A stretch of DNA of 64,000 nucleotides from Eledone cirrhosa (lineage: Eukaryota). A program made the translations under genes and the position numbers. This document shows positions 27,062 through 42,609 of this stretch, piece after piece. The notes below the pieces were generated by a model, which saw nothing but the letters and a program-made list of their open reading frames with translations, searched no databases and was not told the DNA's origin. Position 1 is the first letter of the stretch. Each line of letters starts with the position of its first letter. Location of the stretch: contig OZ024747.1 in assembly GCA_964016885.1 (NCBI GenBank), positions 24,800,001 to 24,864,000 on the forward strand, in the 5' to 3' direction.

Positions 27062-27092
<31 letters not shown>

Positions 27093-27137
27093 GTATATAT
27101 ATATATGAATATATATATATGTATATATATGTATATG

Positions 27138-27169
<32 letters not shown>

Positions 27170-27180
27170 TATGTATATAT
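25958..27180. repeat. Interrupted (AT)n microsatellite
   Basis: Direct inspection. Confidence 0.97.
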
Positions 27181-28061
27181 AAGTTGAAAAAAATGAAAAC
27201 GAAATTTCATTTCTCACTCTAAGGAAAGTATATACTTTCGAACGTTCAACTATCTGGCAGATGGGTAAACGGTGCTGATGATAGCTAACAAGCTTGAAAC
27301 TAGTACATCGTTCCTGTGTCAGTGTTGAACAAAAAGGTGATGTGGTTGCCTTAACACCGTATGGCATAAATTCAGGCTGTTCGGTTTGTTGACAAACAAA
27401 CGAACAAAGCGGCGTTGTAATAAACGTCCGCTAAACTGATGCGTGCATATATGTATGTGTACCTGTATGTATATATGTATATATGTATGTATATATATAT
27501 ATGTATATATATGCATGCTACTGTACGTCTGTATACATATATGTATGTACGTATACATACATACTTACATTTAAGTAAGTGCCATACTAAGAGTGAGAAA
27601 TGAAATTTCGTTTTCATTTTTTTCAACTTATCGTTTTCGGTATGCCTGACCGATTTAACTCACTCAATATGCAAATTTGGCTGCTCAGCCGTTAATTTTC
27701 ATAAGGAAAGTATATACTTTCGAACGTTCAACTATCTGGCAGATGGGTAAACGGTGCTGATGATAGCTAACAAGCTTGAAACTAGTACATCGTTCCTGTG
27801 TCAGTGTTGAACAAAAAGGTGACGTGGTTGCCTTAACACCGTATGGCATAAATTCAGGCTGTTCGGTTTGTTGACAAACAAACGAACAAATCGGCGTTGT
27901 AATAAACGTCCGCTAAACTGATGCGTGCATATATGTATGTGTACCTGTATGTATATATGTATATATGCATATATATATATATATATATGTATGTATATAT
28001 ATGCATGCTACTGTACGTCTGTATACATATATGTATGTACGTATACATACATACTTACATT

Positions 28062-28062
<1 letters not shown>
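27179..28062 (+). repeat. 482-bp HHR-bearing tandem unit x1.75 with a 42-bp inverted leader (family H; relatives at 35411-35960 and 17113-17225)
   Basis: aaggaaagtatatactttcg at 27221 and 27703; 27179-27220 is the reverse complement of 27590-27631. Confidence 0.9.
27268..27312 (+). ncRNA. Minimal type I hammerhead, family H (second copy 27750-27794)
   Basis: aacggtg CTGATGA t-agct aaca agct-t GAAA ctag TA catcgtt; stem I extended by ctggca/tgtcag and gttcaac/gttgaac. Confidence 0.9.
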
Positions 28063-31147
<3,085 letters not shown>

Positions 31148-32306
31148 AGCTGCTGCAGTGGATCAAGAGCTTCCTGTCAAATAGAACCCAACATGTTGTA
31201 GTTGAAGGAGTCAAATCCAGCCCAGCCAAAGTCAGTAGTGGGGTCCCACAAGGCACTGTGTTGGGCCCACTTCTCTTCATCGTCTATATTAATGACATCA
31301 CTGACATCATCAAACACAGCAACATTAAAATTTTCGCTGATGATTCCAAGCTCCAAAAGGTCATCAATGGCGTGGATGACCGGATACGCCTTCAGTCAGA
31401 CCTACTGGCCGTTACCCAATGGGCGGAAAAGAACAACATGTTACTGAACGAAGACAAATTCGAACTGATCCACTTTGGAAAAGAGGATGCTCTGAAACTT
31501 CCGTACTCCCTTCCCTCCGGGGAAACTCTCGTGGCATCTAACAACATCAGAGACTTGGGAGTAACCGTGGACAGCAACATAAGCTGGGCCACGCATATAA
31601 GCAGCAAAGTTGACATGGCCCGCAGAATGTGTTCCTGGATCCTCAGAACCTTCCAGTCGAGAGATTCCCACACCATTATCCTTCTCTTCTCTACTTTTGC
31701 CCGACCACACCTTGAATACTGTTGTCCACTGTGGTCTCCCCACACGAAACAAAGTATCATGAAACTTGAAGCTCCTCAAAAGGGCAATCACGAAAAAGAT
31801 AGATGGCATGTCAGACCTTGACTACTGGGGTCGACTAGAAAACCTGAAATTTTACTCACTCCAACGTCGCCGTGAGCGTTATATTATCTGCATGATGTGG
31901 AAAATGTTCCATCATCACTGCCCAAATGATGTTGGCATCGCCTTCAAGATACACCCAAGGCTTGGGCCCCGTGCTATCCGTCCCATTCAAAAATCTAAAT
32001 CGCAACTCATAACAACAATACGGCACAATTATTTCACCTCAATCGGCCCTGCTCTCTTCAACATCACACCAGGACACGTCAAAACAGAAACTGACCACAC
32101 AAAATTCAAGAAGTCTTTGGACAAATTCCTCCAAGTAATCCCGGACAAACCACCCACACCCGGATATGTCTCCGCAAACAGTAATTCTCTTCTCGAATGG
32201 GCCATGGTGCCCAAATCCTGAATTGAAAGACTTCGCCAGGTGGTGCTATTAAGTTAGACATGGCCTGGGCCAATACTGGCCAAAACATTTCAAAGTTATT
32301 CAAAGT

Positions 32307-32310
<4 letters not shown>
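31148..32310 (+). mobile_element. 5'-truncated copy of LINE family LA (RT C-terminus, frameshift near 31780)
   Basis: Near-identical to the reverse complement of 2695-3846; same (TTCAAAGTTA)2 tail. Confidence 0.95.
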
Positions 32311-32388
<78 letters not shown>

Positions 32389-32436
32389 TTTACATATATA
32401 TACATATATATATATATACATATATATACATATATG

Positions 32437-32471
<35 letters not shown>

Positions 32472-32494
32472 GTATATATATGTATATATATATG

Positions 32495-32525
<31 letters not shown>

Positions 32526-32536
32526 GTATATATATA

Positions 32537-32615
<79 letters not shown>

Positions 32616-32849
32616 ATATGTATATATGTATATATATATATATGTAGATATATATGTATATATGTATATATATATATATGTAGATATATATATATATGTA
32701 GATATATATGTATATATGTATATATATATATGTAGGTATATATATACATGTATATATATATTTATGTATATATATATGCATATATATATATATGTATATA
32801 TATATATGTATTTTATATATATATGTATATATATATGTATATATATACG

Positions 32850-33328
32850 ATATTAAATAAATGGAAACTATATTTATAAAACCATATTTATTTCATTATA
32901 TATATTTCAGGGATATCATATTAAAAATATGGTATGCCTTCTTCAGACAAAATACAATATAAACAGTCTTATAAATAGATAGATTTGACATACCTTACAA
33001 CTTCAACTTCCATTTAAAAAGTTGATTTGGTAGTGAAAAATGTTAGGGACAGTTATAAAAAGAAAGAAAGAAAAAAAGCGAAGAAAAAGAAGAAATGCAT
33101 GCAACTAAATAGAGAGAGATAGATATAGAGAGATAGATAGAGAGAAGAAATTCATGTAAAGAACCAGAGAGAGATAGATAGAGAGAGAAAAAACACAGAG
33201 GGAGATAGATAGAGAGAGAGAGAGAAGAGAGAGAGAGAGAAAAAATAGAGAGAGATAAATATAGATAGAGATAGAGAGAAAGAAAATAGGTAGTTGGGCA
33301 CCAGTTGAATGACGTATCAATGATATAT

Positions 33329-33359
<31 letters not shown>

Positions 33360-35339
33360 GTTCTAGTATTAAGGTAGAGAGAGATATATGTGGTTAGGAG
33401 AGAAAACAGCCGTTACATAGAGAGAAAAGAAAAATATCCAGATATAAAACGAGGCAGATTTAAAACATTATGTTTCATCAATGTAAAAATATCAATTCGT
33501 ATGAATTAGGTATTATAATGTAAATATCAGTATTCATGAATGAGACACGTATGAATAATGTGTGAAAAATAATGATCATATGTCTAGTTTAAAATTCCTA
33601 GGTTTATATCAGAGTTGAGTTAAAAAACTGAGATAAAAAAAACTGAGATAAAAAACTGAGATAAAAAACTTCAAAAAAAAAATTGAAATACATAAGTATA
33701 TATGCACTTTCATGAAAAAAGAAAAAGAAAAAGAAAATAGAAGGTTATCCCAGATTCGATACTATAGACTTCCATGTGAATTTACGTGATCAACTCTGCA
33801 AATTCCTATTTCACATGAAAACATTCTCTTGTGCTATAAAAATTCTAGTATACATATATGTGTACATACACACAAATATATATAGAATCTACATTAATTT
33901 TAACAATACTATTCTTGTCTTTACTCTACATGATTATCGTTCAAGCATAAATAGACAACAGATATCAATATATCAATAAAAATATCAAAAAATAAAAAAA
34001 TATTAAAAATAAAAAATATTAAAAATAAAACACAGTATGCCCCGCAAATCAACCACAGAGATCAACCCTTCAAAATTAATTGACAATATATTGCCAAGTT
34101 CATTATAAGCATCAGAATCAAAAGCAAACAAAACCAAAATTATTTACCAAATCCTGTCTAGCAGAAATCATTCCAAAAGTTTAGGATACCCATTTGATCT
34201 ACAGATGGTCTTATATTTATTATAGAAGTTTATCTAGTGTAAAATTTATTCGATATATTTGGAGCATCGGCTTTTAGGGTAGTTTAATTATTCATGAAGA
34301 ATGTTTAAAAAAAAGAAATCGAAAGATTTATCGGCGAGTTTCATAAATAATTATAAATCAAAGTAAATATACTACATTTTAAATTTATATTTATATTTAA
34401 AAGTTGAGTTCAATCTATGTCTGCAGCAACTGAATAAATTTGTCCGTAAATTAAGGGAATTTTTAGATTTTAGTATAAAGAATATCTCCTCCGCGCAGAG
34501 GTCACATGTCTCAGAGGATGAATTAAAAGGAATCCCTCTTGAGACTATATTCCAAGCCGTCGAATATCCAACGTTATCATGCTTAAGTTGCCAGAGTAAG
34601 CCTGATAGTGATGTTGAAGATTTTTTGCTTGGATCTGTGAAAGAATTCTTGTGGTTATTATAGCGAAGTTTAAATTCTGTCGAGGTGGAACCAACATAGT
34701 TAAAAGAATTTAAGTCCGTTTTAACATTACAGTTGTATATTATATTTTTAACTAAGCAATTGTTATTTAACGGACATTTAGATCTATCTCTACAGTTACA
34801 TTTGTTTACTTGGATATTATTTATGCTATTATCGGTATTTTGGCTAGGTTTTAAATTCCTATTATTTATTCTATTAATATTTTGTGCTAAATTTTTGGTG
34901 GATGAGTAAGTTAATTTTATAGTATGTCTATTGAAAATTGAGTGATACCTATGTGTTCTAGGGAAGCGATTATCAAGAGCATTAAAAAATAGTTTAGCGA
35001 TGTGGGTTTTAATGTTTAGTGAGAAAGGGGGGGGGGGGGCAAACCATATTATATTCCTAGTTCTATTTCTTTTTTGGCTTTTGGAATTATTGTAATGCTT
35101 TCTATTATAGTTGTTAAAGTTGTTGCCGTAATTAAAATTGTTGTTATTTTGGTTAGTTTGTCTATTATTATCTATGTGCATAATTTTATCACTATATCCT
35201 GCTCTAGCTAACGCTTCATTGTAATACTGGGCTTTTTCGTCGAAAATCTTTTTATTAGATGAGATTCTAGAGATACGTTTTTGAACAGAGTTCACTATGC
35301 ACATAGATAATAATAGACAAACTAACCAAAATAACAACA

Positions 35340-35343
<4 letters not shown>
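32850..35343 (-). mobile_element. 5'-truncated PLE (CNC-CPL endonuclease type): thumb + GIY-YIG ORF 34372-35295, long 3' UTR with HHR I, 48-bp 5' inversion
   Basis: YYNEALARAGY, IIWFAPP, CNCRDRSKCPL..CL..IIY..YVGST..FKLRYNNH; 35296-35343 is the reverse complement of 35135-35182. Confidence 0.85.
32889..32954 (-). ncRNA. Type I hammerhead, family I
   Basis: Minus: tattttgt CTGAAGA agg..catatt ttt aatatg..cct GAAA tatata TA atgaaata. Confidence 0.85.
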
Positions 35344-35413
<70 letters not shown>

Positions 35414-35968
35414 GCTACTGTACGTCTGTATACATATATGTATGTACGTGTACATACATACTTACATTTAAGTAAGTGCCGTACTAAGAGTGAGAAATGA
35501 AATTTCGTTTAATTATATTACAACTTATCGTTTTCGGTACGCCTGGCCGACTGAACTCACTCGATATGCAAATTAGGCTGCTCAGCCGTTAATTTTCATA
35601 AGGAAAGTATATACTTTCGAACGTTCAACTATCTGGCAGAAGGGTCAACGGTGGTGATGATACATCGTTCCTGTGTCAGTGTTGAACAAAAAGGTGACGT
35701 GGTTGCCTTAACACCGTACGGCATAAATCAGGCTGTCCGCTTGTTTACAAACGGACAAAGCGGGCGTTAAAATAAGCGTCCGCTAAACTGATACGTACAT
35801 ATATATATGTGTACCTGTATGTATATATATATATATATATATGCATGCTACTGTACGTCTGTATACATATATGTATGTACGTGTACATACATACTTACAT
35901 TTAAGTAAGTGCCGTACTAAGAGTGAGAAATGAAATTTCGTTTCATTATATTACAACTTATATATATG

Positions 35969-35999
<31 letters not shown>

Positions 36000-36028
36000 G
36001 TATGTATATATATATATATGTATATATG

Positions 36029-36095
<67 letters not shown>

Positions 36096-36096
36096 G

Positions 36097-36129
<33 letters not shown>

Positions 36130-36130
36130 G

Positions 36131-36171
<41 letters not shown>

Positions 36172-36186
36172 ATATATATATGTGTG

Positions 36187-36275
<89 letters not shown>

Positions 36276-36328
36276 GTATATGTATATATATATGTATATA
36301 TATATATGTATATGTATATATATATATG

Positions 36329-36407
<79 letters not shown>

Positions 36408-36418
36408 GTATATATATG

Positions 36419-36463
<45 letters not shown>

Positions 36464-36465
36464 GT

Positions 36466-38435
36466 AACTAAGGATTACCGTAAAACTAATCGGCGCGTCA
36501 TCAATGAAATCAACGATGCTGGGTTTAAAATCACATCTGATCTCAACATCCTGGACCGGACCGAACCTCTGGACCCTATCTCTCCCCACTTTACCCTGAA
36601 GGATCACAAATCCAATTTTCCGAACAACCCCTCTATTCGGCTTATTAACCCTACGAAGTCCGATTTAGGTAGACTTAGTAAAACGATTCTTGATAGAATT
36701 ATACCTGAAATTAGAAGTTTGGCCTCTCTCGCACTGTGGAACAATTCTTTCGCGGTGATTGATTGGTTCAACGGCATATGTAACAAGGAACATTGCCGTT
36801 TTATCCAATTCGACATCAACAATTACTACTCCTCCATCACTTTACCACTTCTCCTTAGAGCTATCAATTTCGCTAAAACATTCACAGTGGTTAAGGATTT
36901 TGAAGTTGATGTCATCCTTAATGCCCGAAAGTCGGTGATTAATTTCGACGACTCTATTTGGATTAAAAATCCAATAGTACCCCATTCGACGTGAGTATGG
37001 GCGCCAGTGACTCTGCGGAGGTTACTGATCTTATTGGCCTTTTCCTTCTTTTCTCTATCAAGGACGAATTCCCCAACGCGGGCGGTGGTTTGTACCGTGA
37101 CGATGGTCTTTTGACCATGACTAAGTGCGGACCTCGTGCTTGCGACAGGTTCAGAAAAGAACTCACAGCCTTCTTTAAAAGCTTCAACCTCTCTATACAG
37201 GTTGAGGCCAATCTCTCGGTCGTTAATTACCTCGACGTTACCCTCAATTTATGGAATGGGTTGTATTACCCGTATAGAAAGCCGAATGATACGCTTAATT
37301 ACATAAGTAAGCATTCCAACCATCCTGCCAGCATAACCAAGAACCTGATAAGAAACGTTTCGTTGAGGCTTTCCCGTCTTTCCACCAACGAGCGCATCTT
37401 CAACGACCATTCCACTTATTACAATGAAGCTCTTGCTCGAAGTGGATTTGTCGATAAGGTAGCATATACAGAGTACGAAAATAGACCTAGAAGAAATAGA
37501 TCCCGTCGCATTTGTTGGTTTAACCCACCATATAATATGGAGGTGGCCACACCATTAGCTAAGATCTTTCTTTCCCTTATTACGAAGCATTTTCCCCCTA
37601 CACATAAATATAGTAAAATTTTTAATAGAAATACTATTAAAATTTCTTAATCTACGACTCCTAACCTTGCACATAACATCACAGCTTCAAATTTAGCTAA
37701 ACTACCTAGCCGTAGGAACACGTGCAACCCTGTAGTTAGTACTAACTGTAATTGTAGGAACCGGGCTGATTGCCCCCTATCCGGGAAATGCCTCTCTAGT
37801 AACATTGTCTACAAATGTAAGGTTGTAACACCCACGTCCCGTAGGGCCTACATAGTGTTAACCGCCAATAGTTTCAAGCAGCGTCTTTACATGCATACCC
37901 ATTCTTTTCGTTACCCTCTAAGAAGGAATATGAAGTCACTTTCAGCTTATATCTGGAGTCTAAAAGACAACCACACCCAATATAAGTTACACTGGGAGAT
38001 CCTAGCTAGGGCTAGATCGTATAACGGAAATAAAAGACCATGTGACCTCTGCGCCGCTGAGGCCCTGGAAATACTCTACGCTACAGACCACATCTTAAAC
38101 AAAAAATCTGAGGCAATTTCGGCTTGTAAACATAAATTGCACAAAACTTTCCTGTATTACAGCCCCACGTTATACCCTAACGGATAGCACGATCTATACG
38201 TGGATATTTTACGTCTTGATGTGGAAGCTGAGTATATGTTTTGTTTATTCCTTTACTTATTTGCATAGCGAACGTTACCACGAACCAAAGTATCGTCTTC
38301 CTGTCTTCCTCCGGTTGCAAGGTTTTTTGAAATATCCAGTTCTGCGTTTACAGATTGACTTTGTTAGTTTCAGAAGATCCCGTTAAGGGTGAAAGCAGCG
38401 ATTCTTTGCTTAAACTTTAATCTGTTATTTTAATA
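36466..38435 (+). mobile_element. 5'-truncated PLE (CNC-CPL type): RT + GIY-YIG with frameshift (~36970) and stop (37650), plus 3' UTR
   Basis: [66 protein letters not shown]. Confidence 0.9.
38366..38416 (+). ncRNA. Hammerhead-like motif with CAGAAGA core, family C (more decayed copy 14456-14506)
   Basis: agttt CAGAAGA t-ccc gttaa ggg-t GAAA gca...tgc TT aaact; U4 replaced by A. Confidence 0.55.
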
Positions 38436-38487
38436 GATATATATATGTATATATATATATGTATATATATATATGTATATATATGTA

Positions 38488-38548
<61 letters not shown>

Positions 38549-38652
38549 GTATATATATATACGTATATATATATATTACTCTTTTACTCTTTTACCTGTT
38601 TCAGCCATCCGGCTGAGGCCATGCTGGGGCACCGCCCTTGTTGCTACACATT

Positions 38653-41600
38653 TTATTTCCAGCCTGTATAGATTGGCCACTGGTGTAGGAGGGAGTTTGT
38701 TGCTGCTGCCCTTAGGTTTCCCTCGTGTCTTGCTGTGGGCTCATCCGGGATCCTGGATAACAAGGTGTCGAGATGTTTCTTAAAGACATCCACCTCCACG
38801 TCATGCAAGTCTCTCAGATGCCTCGGCAGCCTGTTGAAGAGTTGAGGGCCCTTGAATCCCAGGCTATTGCAATACCTGCTCCTTATTCTAGATGTGGAAG
38901 ACGGGACCTTTGGCACCACACAGTGACGTCCTGTTCGACGGTTGGTCCAGCTCCCAATGCCAAAGTTTGGTGCTAGTCCCTCCAGGATTTTCCACATGTA
39001 GATCACTGCGTATCTCTCCCGTCTTCGATCCAAGGAGTAGAGGTTCTGTTCCTTCAGACTCTCCCAGTAGCTTGTCTCCCTCATCTTGGCAATCCTCTTG
39101 GTGTAGCTTCGCTGGATTGCCTCAAGCTCCGTGGTTAGTTTGACACTATGGGGTGACCACAGCTGGGAGCAGTAGTCCAGGCGGCTTAGGACAAAAGTCC
39201 TCCACAGTGTCAACATGGTGTCTCGATCTCTTGTAAGGAAAGTCCTCAAGATCCAGCCAGCGAATCGTCTACATGTTGTCGCCACCTTCATGATGTGTGA
39301 AGAAAAAGATGCATCATCGCTCATGTCTATGCCCAGGTCTCGTATCGATTTTGACACGGGGATATCGGTCCCTCCTGGTCCTGTGTAGCTGTGTTCCACT
39401 ATATTTGTGTTTGCAGGTTTGTATTGTAGGGTTTGGAATTTGCCAGCATTAAACTGCATGTTGTTTTCTTCCGCCCATCTGTATATGGCATCCAGATCCT
39501 GCTGTAAAAGGGCAGCGTCAGCCGGGTTTTTGATTGCCTGTGCTACCTTAGTGTCATCAGCATAGCTAGTGAGGGATGTTGTTGCATGCACCACAGAGGG
39601 CATGTCCGAGAGAGCCACCAAAAACAGTAGTGGTCTCAGGACTGTCCCCTGGGGCACCCCACTTGTTATTGGTGTTTCCTTTGAGAGGGTCCCATTTGCT
39701 GCGACTGCCTGTCTTCTGTCCCTTAGGAAGCCATGCAGCCACTCACCTACTTTTCCAGTTATGCCGAGTCCGTGTAGTTTGTGACATATCATTCCGTGGT
39801 CGACCTTGTCAAAGGCCTTCGCAAAGTCAAGATATATCACGTCTACATGTGAGCTGTCTAGTAGTTGTCTCAGTACCCAGTCGTAGTGATGTAGCAGCTG
39901 TGTAAGGCAGCTTCTTCCTGGGCGGAAGCCATGTTGCGTGCTAGTCAGGCGGTCATTTTCTTCGAGGAAAGTGATTAGTTTCTTTCTGACGACTCGCTCC
40001 ATGACCTTACTGATATGCGACGTCAGGGAGACTGGCCTATAGTTCTTGGCCTCCGCTCTACTACCTCCTTTATGGATAGGGCATATTGTGCCTTCTTTCA
40101 GCTCCCTGGGTAGTACACCGCTAGCCAAGGAGCTTCTGAAGAGCATCTTCAGTGGAGTTGCTAAGGCCGCTTACATATTTTTAGGAGAACTGCTGGGAAT
40201 CCATCAGGTCCAGCAGCCGAGTCTGTTCTAATTTCATCAATGGCGTACACTACATCCTCCTCCGTTATGTCTATGTGGTTGATGGTTGCCATTTCTTGAT
40301 GTAGTGTTGTGGCATCAAAGAACTCCTCTGGCTTCGTTATTTGCATGTGCCTCAGTGGACATGTGAAGACACTTTTGTACTGTTCGTTCAGTATTTCACA
40401 TATCTCTTGGGGATTTTCGGTTAATGAACCGTCCGTGTGGAAGAGTGGTCCAATCTTGCAGTGTACTGAGGCAGTTTCTTTTGCAAATTTAAAGAAGGCC
40501 TTAGGGTTTGTTTTAATGTTTTCTATGGCCCTGTTCTCTTTCTTTGCCCTCTCATTCTCATGTGAAAGTTTGAGTGCAATCTCGGTGTCAAGTAGTGCAC
40601 GTTTCAAATGGGATTCCTTCTTGTTTTTGTTTTGTTGACTATTCAACTGGTTTGAGAGTTTAGTTCTACGTCTCATAAGGATTTTCCTATCTCTGGGAAT
40701 AAGATTTTTGTGTCTGTTTGCCTCTTTCTCCGGGACACACTTTTTGCATATGGTGTGTATCGTTGTCATGAAGTGTTGAAATTGTGTGTTAGTGTCTTGT
40801 GTGGCAATGTTTTCACTCCATGTTTGCTTCCGGATTTCACTCTTAATCTTTTTCCAGTTAGCCTTGTAGAAGTTAAGGTTGGATAGCGTCCCGGAGCTTC
40901 TTGGTGGTGTTGTCTCTGTTGGTTCTCTTGGACCACATATCATTAGCTCTACTAAATTATGATCCGAGAGAATTGTTGGTGTCACCTTTACATTGTGGAT
41001 GAGCACTTCGTTGTTTGTAAAACAGAGGTCCAGGACATTTTCGCCTCTTGTTGGGAGGAGTATTGCTTGCTCCATGAACAGCCTGTGTGTGAGGGCCAGC
41101 AGGGATTCCGTCTGTCTCTGTTCTATTGACGTCATTCCAGGGAGGAGATGGCCCTCAGGCCATTTGACCTTTGGTAGGTTGAAGTCTCCCAGCAGTAGGA
41201 TGTTGAGACCCTGGTCCAGTTTGTCAAGGACCTCTTCTATCCTACTTAGGCTATGCTCAAATTTACCCTCATGACTGGGGGCATCGGGCGGCCGATATGT
41301 GACACATATTACCGTCTGTAGTTGCTTCATATGTATTATCAGTGTGTCACAGACTGAGTTTGAATGTGTCAACAGTACAATTGGTGTGACATCTTCACGG
41401 ATATACAGAGCAACCCCACCATGAGTTCTCTCCTTCCTGTCCGAACGAAATACAGTATATTTCGGTATATGTATTTCTGCATCTGCTATACTGCTTGTCA
41501 GGTGCGTTTCGGTTAGTGCCATGCATAGTGCTTGATTGCTTATGGCTAAGTCTCCCAGGTAGGAAATTTTACTCATGTTGCTGAGTTTCACCAGGCCCCT

Positions 41601-41798
41601 GACATTCAGCAACAGCACTGGTGTGACTTTTGGGGTGCCAGTAATGGCTGTCGGTATGACACCTGGTCTGGTGTCAGCGGCGGCCACTCTGGGTCCCTTA
41701 ACTGCGGTAGTCTCGAGTGCTGGTGTGGATGACCCTGGCTCTGGAGACGATGCAGCCAGGTCAGCTGTCCCACAATCTTCTCTGCCATCACTAAAAAA
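38653..41798 (-). pseudogene. LINE ORF2 (APE + RT) broken by one frameshift near 40160
   Basis: LLNVRG, LTETHL, GDFN, SDHN in 40161-41687; NYRPVSLTS, YLDFAKAFDKV, GVPQG, YADD, YSLDRRRERY in 38653-40146. Confidence 0.92.
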
Positions 41799-42250
41799 TG
41801 TTTCTGATCTGCTGCTGCCATCTGTATCTCGTCGGCATGTGCGTGCCTTCTCCTTGTTGGTGCAGCACGCGCGACATCAGCATACTTCTGGAGCGGCTTA
41901 TTTCGGCTTTGGCTGGGGCATGTTGCGCGAGTATGATGGGCATAGTTCGTTTGAGACCTAGGGTGGGCGAATCTGCATCCCATCCCTGTCTCTCCATGCC
42001 AGCATGTCCCGTTCTTGAAAAACTTGCACATTACTTGGGGTTTTTTGCTCCCAGTGTCTCGGTGCTTTCTGTTCTTTCTTTGAACAGTTGTCCACTGGTC
42101 CCTCTGCGCTTGGTTCTCCTTCGGAAGGTGATTTCGTTTTTCACCTTTGCCCTTAGCTTGTTGGTTGCCCGGCCTGCCCTCCCTGCCTGTGGCGGAGGGT
42201 ATATCATTTTCTTTCAGGTCCGTGCTTGTGCTCTCCTCCTTTTCTTTTTC
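41606..42250 (-). CDS. LINE ORF1 C-terminal remnant with CCCH zinc finger
   Basis: [32 protein letters not shown]; the frame stays open upstream to the (AT)n array. Confidence 0.75.
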   Translation of the reverse strand, partial: EKEKEESTSTDLKENDIPSATGREGRPGNQQAKGKGEKRNHLPKENQAQRDQWTTVQRKNRKHRDTGSKKPQVMCKFFKNGTCWHGETGMGCRFAHPRSQTNYAHHTRATCPSQSRNKPLQKYADVARAAPTRRRHAHADEIQMAAADQKHFLVMAEKIVGQLTWLHRLQSQGHPHQHSRLPQLRDPEWPPLTPDQVSYRQPLLAPQKSHQCCC

Positions 42251-42398
42251 TTTTATGTATATATATATATATGTATATATTTATATATGTATATATATAT
42301 ATGTATATATATATGTATATATATATATATCTATATGTATATATGTATATGTATATATGTATATGTATATATGTATATGTATATAATATATATATATG

Positions 42399-42430
<32 letters not shown>

Positions 42431-42510
42431 TGTATATGTATATATGTATATGTATATGTATATATGTATATGTATATATATATATGTATATATATGTTTA
42501 TTTATATATG

Positions 42511-42541
<31 letters not shown>

Positions 42542-42609
42542 GTATATACATATATGTATATATATATATGTATGTATATATATATATATATGTATATATG
42601 TATATGTAT

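Larger units (their letters stand above)
38577..42250 (-). mobile_element. LINE family LB, 5'-truncated within ORF1
   Basis: ORF1 remnant, APE-RT ORF2, 3' tail ...gctgaaacaggtaaaagagtaaaagagtaa. Confidence 0.9.
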
